DNA of 25,028 nucleotides, taken from Candidatus Methylomirabilis sp. GTDB lineage: Bacteria > Methylomirabilota > Methylomirabilia > Methylomirabilales > Methylomirabilaceae. Below, piece after piece: positions 15,381 to 22,670 of this stretch; position 1 is the stretch's first letter, and every line of letters starts with the position of its first letter. The stretch lies in assembly GCA_041498975.1 (NCBI GenBank), contig JBGQJI010000027.1, positions 1 to 25,028 on the forward strand. Reading direction: 5' to 3'. The position numbers and the translations under genes are program-made. Under the pieces are notes generated by a model. That model searched no databases and was not told the origin of the DNA. It saw nothing but the letters and a program-made list of their open reading frames with translations.

Positions 15381-17795
15381 CTAGCCCCGCAGGCGGGCGC
15401 CGGTCGCCGACCGTAGTTGCTCGATAATGCGGGCCTCGACGTCGGCCACTTCGGCTTCGGTAAGCGTGCGTTCAGGGGCGCGGAAGATGAGCGCAACGCC
15501 GCAGGATTTGTGGCCCGGCGGAAGTCCATGGCCGCGGAATAGGTCGAACAGCTCCGCATCAGCGAGCAGCGGCCCGCCGGCTCGGCGGATCACATCGAGC
15601 AGGTCGGAAACCGAGACCTGCTCCTCAACCACCAGCGCCAGGTCCCTTCGCACTGCGGGGAAGCGAGGTGGCGGCTCGATCCGCAGGAAATCCTCCCCGA
15701 CCACGTTCAGGAGCTGCTCCAGGTCGAATTCAGCGAGGAACACCGGAGCCTGGATCTCGACGTTGCGGGCAACGGTCGGGTGGAGCTCTCCCATCACCCC
15801 GAGACGCCGATCCTTCCAGTCGATTGCCGCCGCTCGGCCGGGATGAAAGACATTGTGATCCGTGACCCGATTGAATCGCGTCCCCCCGAGATTCAGGCGA
15901 TCGAGCATCTCCTCCGCGACCCCCTTGAGATCATAGAAATCCAGTTCCGCCGTTGGCTCGTTCCATTGCCTCTGCCACTTGGGTCCGGCGATGGCAATGA
16001 TCAGCATCTCTCGCTCCTGCGGCAGGTCTGCCTGGCGCGGCAGATAGATCCGCCCGATCTCGAACAAGCGGAGACCGGGCTCGTCCGGGCGAAGATTGCC
16101 GGCGACGCACTCCAAGAGACTGGGAAGCAACGAGGTACGGAGCATCTCCTGGTCCGGGGTCATCGGGTTCGCCAGGCCCAGCGCATCGAGCAGGCCACGC
16201 TCCGAGCCGGGGTCCACTTTACCGAGGAGCCGCCGGCCGACAAGGGAATACGTGATGACCTCTTGCAAACCGCAACCGACGAGGAGGTCTTTGAGCCGTT
16301 CGATGAAGCCATGCATCGGCTGAGGGGCATGCTCCGGGAAGCGGCCGGCCATCGTCGTTTCCGGAATCGTGTCGTACCCGATCAGGCGGGCCATCTCCTC
16401 CGCCAGATCGGCGGGGATCTGAATATCGGTCCTGTGCTCTGGAGACCTCACCAGGAGGGCGTGCCCATCTTCGCGGCAGTCAAACCCGAGCCGGCCCAAC
16501 ACACTTCGCATCTGGACCAGGGTCAACTCAACACCCAGGACGCGATGGATCTCTGAAGGAGTGAGCCTGAGCTCGATCGCCTCCCGCGGAGAGGGATAGA
16601 CATCCAACACGCCGCGCGAGGCCAGGCCTCCACAGAGCTCGACGATAAATTTCGTGGCGCGTCTGAGGGCGAGGACGGCGATGGCCGGCGCCAGGCCCTT
16701 GTCGAAGCGGGCAGAAGCCTCGGTCCTGAGCCTCAGCGCGCGGGAACTTCGGCGAATTGAGATCGGATCGAAGTTGGCCGATTCGAGGAGCACGTTTCTC
16801 GTCTGCGCGGTCACCTCCGTCTCCGATCCACCCATGATGCCGGCGAGCGCCACCGGGCGCTCGGCATCGGCGATCACCAGCATTCCGGGCGCGAGGGGCC
16901 GCACCGTGCCGTCCAGCGTCCGGAGCGATTCCCCTGACCTCGACTGCCGCACCGCAATCCGGCGGCCCAGGAGCGTGTCGTAATCGAAGGCGTGCAGGGG
17001 CTGGCCGTACTCGAGCATCACATAGTTGGTGATGTCCACGATATTGTTGATCGGCCGGACCCCGGCGGCCGTGAGGCGCGTCTGAAGCCAGGAAGGCGAT
17101 GGACCAACCGTGACCCCGTGGATCACGGAGGCGCTGTATCGGGGGCAGAGGTCGGGCGCCAGGATCTCGACCTGTGCCTGCCCTCTGACATCAGGGCCCT
17201 CTTCTCGGTATGCAAGGTCAGGCAAGCGGAGCGGCTGCTCAGTGAGGGCGGCCACCTCGCGAGCTATCCCCAGCATTCCCAGGCAGTCGGGTCGATTCGG
17301 CGTGATCTCGAGGTCGAGGATCGCGTCGCCCAAGACGGCGGCCAGCGGCAGGCCGACTGTGGCTTCGGCCGGAAGGATCAGGACCCCCTCGTGGGCGTCT
17401 GAGAGGCCCAGCTCTTTCTCGGAGCAGAGGACTCCTCGCGACTCCACCCCCCGAATGTGCGCCGCCTCCACCACCATGTCTCTGCCGGTGTGGGCGTCCG
17501 TGAGGCGCGCGCCGACCGGCGCATACGGAACCCTGTCTCCCACCCTGAGGTTCGTGGCGCCGGTGACGACGGTGACGCTTCCGGCAGACATCTCCATCAT
17601 CGCCAGCGTCAGTGACTCAGCAGCCGGATGCGGATCAAGCGATGTGACGCGAGCGACGACGATCCCGGGCCAGCCGCTGCCACGCTGTTCGATCCCGCCC
17701 ACCTCGGTTCCCGACATCGTCAAGAGATGGGCCAGCTCTTTGGGCGGCAGGACCAGATCCACGTATTCAGAGAGCCATCTAAGCGATGCTTTCAC
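15381..17795 (-). CDS. pheT: Phenylalanine--tRNA ligase beta subunit
   Basis: TPNRPDCL, RPINNIVDITNYVMLEYGQPLHAFD, LRTSLLP, FHPGR and a C-terminal FDX-ACB domain (RTLTEAEV); GTG start. Confidence 0.98.
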   Translation of the reverse strand: MKASLRWLSEYVDLVLPPKELAHLLTMSGTEVGGIEQRGSGWPGIVVARVTSLDPHPAAESLTLAMMEMSAGSVTVVTGATNLRVGDRVPYAPVGARLTDAHTGRDMVVEAAHIRGVESRGVLCSEKELGLSDAHEGVLILPAEATVGLPLAAVLGDAILDLEITPNRPDCLGMLGIAREVAALTEQPLRLPDLAYREEGPDVRGQAQVEILAPDLCPRYSASVIHGVTVGPSPSWLQTRLTAAGVRPINNIVDITNYVMLEYGQPLHAFDYDTLLGRRIAVRQSRSGESLRTLDGTVRPLAPGMLVIADAERPVALAGIMGGSETEVTAQTRNVLLESANFDPISIRRSSRALRLRTEASARFDKGLAPAIAVLALRRATKFIVELCGGLASRGVLDVYPSPREAIELRLTPSEIHRVLGVELTLVQMRSVLGRLGFDCREDGHALLVRSPEHRTDIQIPADLAEEMARLIGYDTIPETTMAGRFPEHAPQPMHGFIERLKDLLVGCGLQEVITYSLVGRRLLGKVDPGSERGLLDALGLANPMTPDQEMLRTSLLPSLLECVAGNLRPDEPGLRLFEIGRIYLPRQADLPQEREMLIIAIAGPKWQRQWNEPTAELDFYDLKGVAEEMLDRLNLGGTRFNRVTDHNVFHPGRAAAIDWKDRRLGVMGELHPTVARNVEIQAPVFLAEFDLEQLLNVVGEDFLRIEPPPRFPAVRRDLALVVEEQVSVSDLLDVIRRAGGPLLADAELFDLFRGHGLPPGHKSCGVALIFRAPERTLTEAEVADVEARIIEQLRSATGARLRG

Positions 17796-17864
17796 GATTG
17801 CTCCGCCGGAAAATAGCGAGGGCCATCAAGACTGCGACTCCACAAGGCGCGCCCCGCTTCGACA

Positions 17865-17905
17865 CCCCCCCGCCCGCGCCCTCTCCTCCCCGAGAGGGGC
17901 GAGGG
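17865..17905. repeat. REP-like palindromic element between pheS and pheT
   Basis: ccccccgcccgcgccctctcctccccgagaggggcgaggg resembles the widespread CCCTCACCCTnnCCCTCTCCC...GGGAGAGGG intergenic palindromes; degenerate. Confidence 0.4.
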
Positions 17906-17970
17906 TCTCCTTCTGCCTTGATACCAATGAAGGTGGAAGCACAGTGGGCCGCACAACCGACCGATGCGTC

Positions 17971-19023
17971 TCAGGGGAACTGGCGAAGGAAGCGGAGGTC
18001 GTTGCCGTGGAAGAAGCGGATATCGTCAATGCCGTACTTGAGCATCGCCACGCGCGCAGGGCCCAGTCCAAAGGCGAAGCCGGTATATCGCGCCGGGTCG
18101 TAGCCGACGCGCGCCAGGACGTTCGGATGGACCATTCCGGCCCCCAGAATCTCCAGCCAGCCGGTCTCCTTACACAGGCGACAGCCCGCCCCCTTGCAGA
18201 GGAAACAATCGATCGACATGTCCACGCCCGGCTCGACGAAGGGGAAATAGTCGCACCGGAAGCGGACCTTCCGGTCCTTGCCGAAGAGGCGACGGGCGAA
18301 GGCATGCAGCGTCCCTTTCAGATCGGCGAAGGTGATCTGCTCGTCAACCGCCAGCCCTTCGATCTGGTCGAACTGGCTCTCGTGGCTGGCGTCCACCGCC
18401 TCGTAGCGATAACACTTCCCCGGAACGACAACGCGGATCGGTGGCCGGGTCTGCTCCATGATGCGGATCTGCATCGGAGAGGTGTGCGTCCTGAGGAGCA
18501 TCGGTTTGCTGGTCCGCGCGCTCGCCGGATCGATCCAGAATGTATCCCACATGTCCCGGGCCGGATGATCTTCCGGGATATTGAGGGCCTCGAAGTTATA
18601 GTAATCCCACTCGACCTCAGGCCCTTCCATGACGGCGAAACCCATCTCCACGAAGACCCCGCAGATCTCGCGGATGATCTGCGTCAGGGGGTGGAGGCGG
18701 CCCAGGCTCGGCCGCCGACCCGGAAGGGTGACGTCGATCTGGTCTTTTCTCAGGACCTCGGCGCTCGGGATCGATTCGAAGGCAACGCGCCGGCCGTCGA
18801 TGCTCTCTTCGATCGCTTTCTTGACCTGGTTGGCCAGCGCGCCGATGAGCGGACGATCCTCAGCGGGCAATGTCGCCAACTGACGAAGAATCGCAGTGAG
18901 CCGGGCCTTGCGGCCGAGAAAACGCACGCGGGCATTCTCGAGCTGGGCGGCCTCGGCGCTCCTTTGAATCTGCGCGAGCGCCTCCGCTTGAAGATCTTCC
19001 AGCTCTTTCCGCAACGCTTCCAC
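17971..19023 (-). CDS. pheS: Phenylalanine--tRNA ligase alpha subunit
   Basis: NFEALNIPEDHPARD, LLRTHTSP, FPFVEP, WLEILGAGMVHPNV, GFAFGLG; GTG start with GGAGG SD. Confidence 0.98.
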   Translation of the reverse strand: MEALRKELEDLQAEALAQIQRSAEAAQLENARVRFLGRKARLTAILRQLATLPAEDRPLIGALANQVKKAIEESIDGRRVAFESIPSAEVLRKDQIDVTLPGRRPSLGRLHPLTQIIREICGVFVEMGFAVMEGPEVEWDYYNFEALNIPEDHPARDMWDTFWIDPASARTSKPMLLRTHTSPMQIRIMEQTRPPIRVVVPGKCYRYEAVDASHESQFDQIEGLAVDEQITFADLKGTLHAFARRLFGKDRKVRFRCDYFPFVEPGVDMSIDCFLCKGAGCRLCKETGWLEILGAGMVHPNVLARVGYDPARYTGFAFGLGPARVAMLKYGIDDIRFFHGNDLRFLRQFP

Positions 19024-19035
19024 CCGACCTCCATA

Positions 19036-19065
19036 ATAAGAAGAAGCCCCGACAGGGGTCGGGGC
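19036..19065 (-). terminator. Intrinsic terminator-like hairpin between rplT and pheS
   Basis: Minus-strand GCCCCGAC-CCCT-GTCGGGGC followed by TTCTTCTTAT. Confidence 0.6.
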
Positions 19066-19097
19066 ACGTCTCACCTCAAGCCGGAATCGCGCTGGGC

Positions 19098-19457
19098 TCA
19101 GGCCGCGAGGTGCCCTCGGGCCGTCTCCGCCAGTTTGGCGAACGCCGCCTGATCCTGGATCGCCAGATCGGCCAGTACCTTCCGGTCGATGCTCACGCCA
19201 GCCTTCTTGAGGCCGCCCATCAAAGCGCTGTAGGAAAGGCCGACGAGGCGAGCTGCCGCATTGATCCGTATGATCCACAGGCTGCGGAAGTCCCGCTTGC
19301 GGGCCTTCCGATCGCGATAGGCGTAGCGCTTGGCCCGGTCCACGGCCTCCTGAGCGCTCCGGTACGCCTTGCTCCGTTTGCCCCAGTAGCCCTCAGCTTC
19401 TTTCAGCACCCTGTTCCTGCGCCGACGTGTCTTCGGTCCACCTTTTGCTCGTGGCAT
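19098..19457 (-). CDS. rplT: 50S ribosomal protein L20
   Basis: MPRAKGG...[24 protein letters not shown]...[16 protein letters not shown]. Confidence 0.98.
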   Translation of the reverse strand: MPRAKGGPKTRRRRNRVLKEAEGYWGKRSKAYRSAQEAVDRAKRYAYRDRKARKRDFRSLWIIRINAAARLVGLSYSALMGGLKKAGVSIDRKVLADLAIQDQAAFAKLAETARGHLAA

Positions 19458-19478
19458 CCTGTTCCTCCGAATACGGGA

Positions 19479-19570
19479 GCGTTCAGCTTTCAGCAATCAG
19501 CAGGACAAGGAAACTGGATTTGCACTCTCCTTGGAGCTGAACGCCGACGGCTGATTGCCGATCGCTAACC
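19479..19570. repeat. Inverted heptamer repeat arrays between rpmI and rplT
   Basis: gcgttca/gctttca/gcaatca (19479-19499) faces gctgaac/gccgacg/gctgatt/gccgatc/gctaacc (19536-19570). Confidence 0.78.
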
Positions 19571-19576
19571 CATCTT

Positions 19577-19774
19577 TTACTGATACGGGATCAGACGTCT
19601 CATTCGAGGGGTATCCGCCTTCGATACCAGCGCCGGCTTTCGCAGATTCCGCTTCCGCTGCTTCGTCTTCCCGGTCAGGAGGTGGCTCTTGGACGACTTG
19701 TGGCGCCGAATCTTTCCCGTTCCCGTCACCTTGAACCGCTTGGCCGCACCTTTCAACGTCTTGATCTTTGGCAC
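19577..19774 (-). CDS. rpmI: 50S ribosomal protein L35
   Basis: MPKIKTLKGAAKRFKVTGTGKI...HLLTGK; GTG start. Confidence 0.98.
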   Translation of the reverse strand: MPKIKTLKGAAKRFKVTGTGKIRRHKSSKSHLLTGKTKQRKRNLRKPALVSKADTPRMRRLIPYQ

Positions 19775-19789
19775 CGGCTCTCCTTTCCG

Positions 19790-20299
19790 TCAATGCCTTG
19801 GCGTAAGGATCATGACCATGTTCCGGCCCTCCAGCTTGGGGTGCTGCTCGATCACCGCCACCTCTTTGAGGGCCTCGGCGAACCGGTCCAACTGCACTTT
19901 CCCGCGATCGAGGTGGACCATCTCTCGGCCCCGGAACATCATCGTCACCTTCGTCTTATTCCCTTCCTTCAGGAATCGCTCGGCATGCCTGGCCTTGAAC
20001 TGGAAATCGTGACCCTCGGTCTTTGGCCGGAGCTTGATCTCTTTAACCTGAATGACCGTCTGTTTCTTCTTGGCCTCGCGGGTCTTCTTGCTCTGCTCGT
20101 ACCGGTACTTCCCATAGTCCATGATCCGGCAGACGGGCGGCTTGGCGTCCGGCGCCACCTCGACCAGGTCGAGCCCGAAGCCCTGGGCGGCCTGGAGGGC
20201 CTCCTGGATCGGTAAGATTCCGAGCTGTTCCCCAGCCGGATTAATGACCCGTACTTCCTTGATCCGTATCCGATCGTTGACCCGGACACCTCTACTGAT
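19790..20299 (-). CDS. infC: Translation initiation factor IF-3
   Basis: RVNDRIRIKEVRVI, LDLVEVAP, PPVCRIMDYGKY, VKEIKLRP, FRGRE. Inferred non-canonical ATC start 8 nt after AGGAGG. Confidence 0.95.
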   Translation of the reverse strand: MSRGVRVNDRIRIKEVRVINPAGEQLGILPIQEALQAAQGFGLDLVEVAPDAKPPVCRIMDYGKYRYEQSKKTREAKKKQTVIQVKEIKLRPKTEGHDFQFKARHAERFLKEGNKTKVTMMFRGREMVHLDRGKVQLDRFAEALKEVAVIEQHPKLEGRNMVMILTPRH

Positions 20300-22322
20300 G
20301 GATGCTCCCTCCTTCACTGTGAGCCAGCCCGGGTGACCGGAGCGCTGGCCCGAGTTCCTGTCGGATCGCGGCGACGAATTCATCGACCGGCATGACACCC
20401 AAGTCTTGCCCGCCGCGCTTGCGCACCGAGACTGTGCCTGCCTTGGCCTCTTTGTCTCCTACCACGAGGATATAGGGGATCTTCTGCACCTCTGCATCTC
20501 GAATCTTATATCCGACCTTTTCGTTCCGGAGATCCACTTCCGCGCGCATCCCTGCCGCCCCCAGCCGGCCGGAGACTTGGTGGGCATAGGGCTGGAAGCG
20601 GTCCGCCACCGGCACGACCCGCGCCTGCAGGGGCGCAAGCCAGGTCGGAAAGGCCCCTGCATGATGTTCGATCAACACCCCGAAGAACCGCTCCAGTGAC
20701 CCGAGGATGGCGCGGTGCACCATGAAAGGCCGATGCGGACGGTTATCCTCCCCGACGTAGGTGATGTCGAAGCGCTCCGGCAAGTTGAAGTCGAACTGGA
20801 CCGTGGTGCACTGCCAGGAGCGGCCCAGGGCGTCCTTCACCCTCAGATCGATCTTCGGCCCGTAAAAGGCGCCACCCCCCTCGTCGATCCGATACTGCAG
20901 ACCTGCCTGGTCGGCGGCCCGCCGCAGCGCCTCGGTCGCGTCATTCCAGAGCCCGGTCTCCCCGATCGCCTTGTCCGGCCGCGTCGCGATGTATGCCTCA
21001 TACGTGTCGAAGCCGAATGCGCGGAGGAAGAACAGGCTGAACTCGACGGCGCGGGCCACCTCGGCGACCATTTGCTGCGGCGTGCAGAAGATATGCGCGT
21101 CGTCCTGAGTGAACCCGCGAACGCGCAACAGGCCGTGGAGCACCCCGACGCGCTCAAAGCGATAGACCGTTCCCAGCTCGGCAAAGCGCGCCGGAAGGTC
21201 TCGATAGCTCCGGACCCTCGATTGAAAGATCTTGATGTGGAAGGGACAATTCATCGGCTTGACGTAGTAGTCGTTCCCTTCCATCTCCATCCTGGCATAC
21301 ATGTACTCTTGGTAGAAGTCCAGATGGCCGCTGGTCTCCCACAACTTCGCCCGGCCGACGTGCGGCGTATAGACGAGATCGTAGCCGTTCTTGAGATGCT
21401 CCTCCCGCCAGAAGTCCTCGATCAGCTTCCGGACCAGTGCGCCTTTCGGATGCCACAGGACAAGCCCCCCGCCGACTTCGTCATCCACGCTGAACAGGTC
21501 CAGCTCACGGCCCAGACGGCGATGGTCCCGGCGCTTCGCCTCTTCGAGGACGAAGAGATGTTGCTCCAGCGCCTCCTGCGTCGGAAAGGCGACCCCGTAG
21601 ATTCTGGTGAGCATCGGCCGCCGCTCGTCGCCCCGCCAGTACGCGCCCGCCAGATGGGTCAGCCTGAAGGCGCGGATGACCGACGTGTCAAGGACGTGGG
21701 GGCCGCGGCAGAGGTCCACGAAGCGACCGGTGGTGTAGAAGCTGACCTGTTCTGCCCCGCCCGCCGCCTCCTGCTCCAGCTCATCCGACCCGGGGACCGC
21801 GGCGCGGGCTTCAGCTCTGTCTCGGATCGTCTCCAGGATCTCCACCTTGTACGGCTGGTCCAGAGCCTTCACCTTAGCGATCGCCTCGTCCAGCGGAACT
21901 TCGAACCTGACGAACGGCACCCGCTGATTCGACAGCTCGCTCATTTTGGCCTCGATGGCCGGCAGGTCTTCCGGCGTCAGCGTGCGAGGCGGCTCGATGT
22001 CATAGTAGAAACCGTCCTGGATCGCCGGGCCGATGGCGAACTTCGAGCCGGGGAAGAGAGCCTCCACGGCGGCTGCCATAAGGTGGGCGGCGCTGTGGCG
22101 GAGCATCGACAGACCCTCGGACGAGGAGGCCGTGATAAACCCGATGCGAGCGTCCTCCCCGATCGGGCTGCTCAGATCGACAGGGCGGCCGTTGACCATC
22201 GCTCCGATCGTCTCCTTCTTCGCCGCCGGGTCCATTGCCTCCAACACGCCGAGCACCGTCACGCCGGAGGGGAATTCATGGCGCCGGCCGTCGTCCAGGG
22301 TCACAGTGATCGTTCGTTCCAC
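20292..22322 (-). CDS. thrS: Threonine--tRNA ligase
   Basis: TGS domain, RHSAAHLMA, DLCRGPH, RDHRRLG, KPMNCPFH, RVRGFTQDDAH, GAFYGPKID, HRAILGSLERF. GTG start inferred. Confidence 0.98.
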   Translation of the reverse strand: MERTITVTLDDGRRHEFPSGVTVLGVLEAMDPAAKKETIGAMVNGRPVDLSSPIGEDARIGFITASSSEGLSMLRHSAAHLMAAAVEALFPGSKFAIGPAIQDGFYYDIEPPRTLTPEDLPAIEAKMSELSNQRVPFVRFEVPLDEAIAKVKALDQPYKVEILETIRDRAEARAAVPGSDELEQEAAGGAEQVSFYTTGRFVDLCRGPHVLDTSVIRAFRLTHLAGAYWRGDERRPMLTRIYGVAFPTQEALEQHLFVLEEAKRRDHRRLGRELDLFSVDDEVGGGLVLWHPKGALVRKLIEDFWREEHLKNGYDLVYTPHVGRAKLWETSGHLDFYQEYMYARMEMEGNDYYVKPMNCPFHIKIFQSRVRSYRDLPARFAELGTVYRFERVGVLHGLLRVRGFTQDDAHIFCTPQQMVAEVARAVEFSLFFLRAFGFDTYEAYIATRPDKAIGETGLWNDATEALRRAADQAGLQYRIDEGGGAFYGPKIDLRVKDALGRSWQCTTVQFDFNLPERFDITYVGEDNRPHRPFMVHRAILGSLERFFGVLIEHHAGAFPTWLAPLQARVVPVADRFQPYAHQVSGRLGAAGMRAEVDLRNEKVGYKIRDAEVQKIPYILVVGDKEAKAGTVSVRKRGGQDLGVMPVDEFVAAIRQELGPALRSPGLAHSEGGSIHQ

Positions 22323-22351
22323 GCTTCTACCCACCACGCTCTGCCGCTTTC

Positions 22352-22387
22352 GAGAAGAAAAGGGCATCACAACGACGTGATGCCCTT
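22352..22387 (-). terminator. Intrinsic terminator downstream of tRNA-Val
   Basis: 11-bp stem aagggcatcac/gtgatgccctt (22360-22387) with a minus-strand U-rich tail (TTTTCTTCT). Confidence 0.7.
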
Positions 22388-22432
22388 CTTCGATTAAATG
22401 ATATCACACAAGACGACGAATATAGCACTCAA

Positions 22433-22507
22433 TGGTAGGCACGGGCGGTCTTGAACCGCCGACCTCTTGCGTGTCAAGCAAGCGCTCTCCCCCTGAGCTA
22501 CGTGCCT
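22433..22507 (-). tRNA. tRNA-Val (GAC)
   Basis: AGGCACGTAGCTCAGGGGGAGAGCGCTTGCTTGACACGCAAGAGGTCGGCGGTTCAAGACCGCCCGTGCCTACCA folds as a cloverleaf with anticodon GAC and encoded CCA. Confidence 0.97.
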
Positions 22508-22670
22508 AGACGTCCTCTCCTCCTTTGGAACCACTGGGGGATATCTTCAATCAATCACGCCTCTGCTGTCAAGGGAAAAGGGCATTGGCAAGCCGACCAA
22601 CTCGGCATCGCTCCACCCCGCATGCCTCCTTGCTTAAGTTGTCCGAATGCTCTGGTCAACCCCACGGCTA

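Noticed and set aside
17110..19152. 680-aa plus-strand ORF
   Set aside because: Antisense shadow of pheS/pheT in GC-rich DNA; no recognisable domains.
20715..22397. 560-aa plus-strand ORF
   Set aside because: Antisense shadow of thrS.
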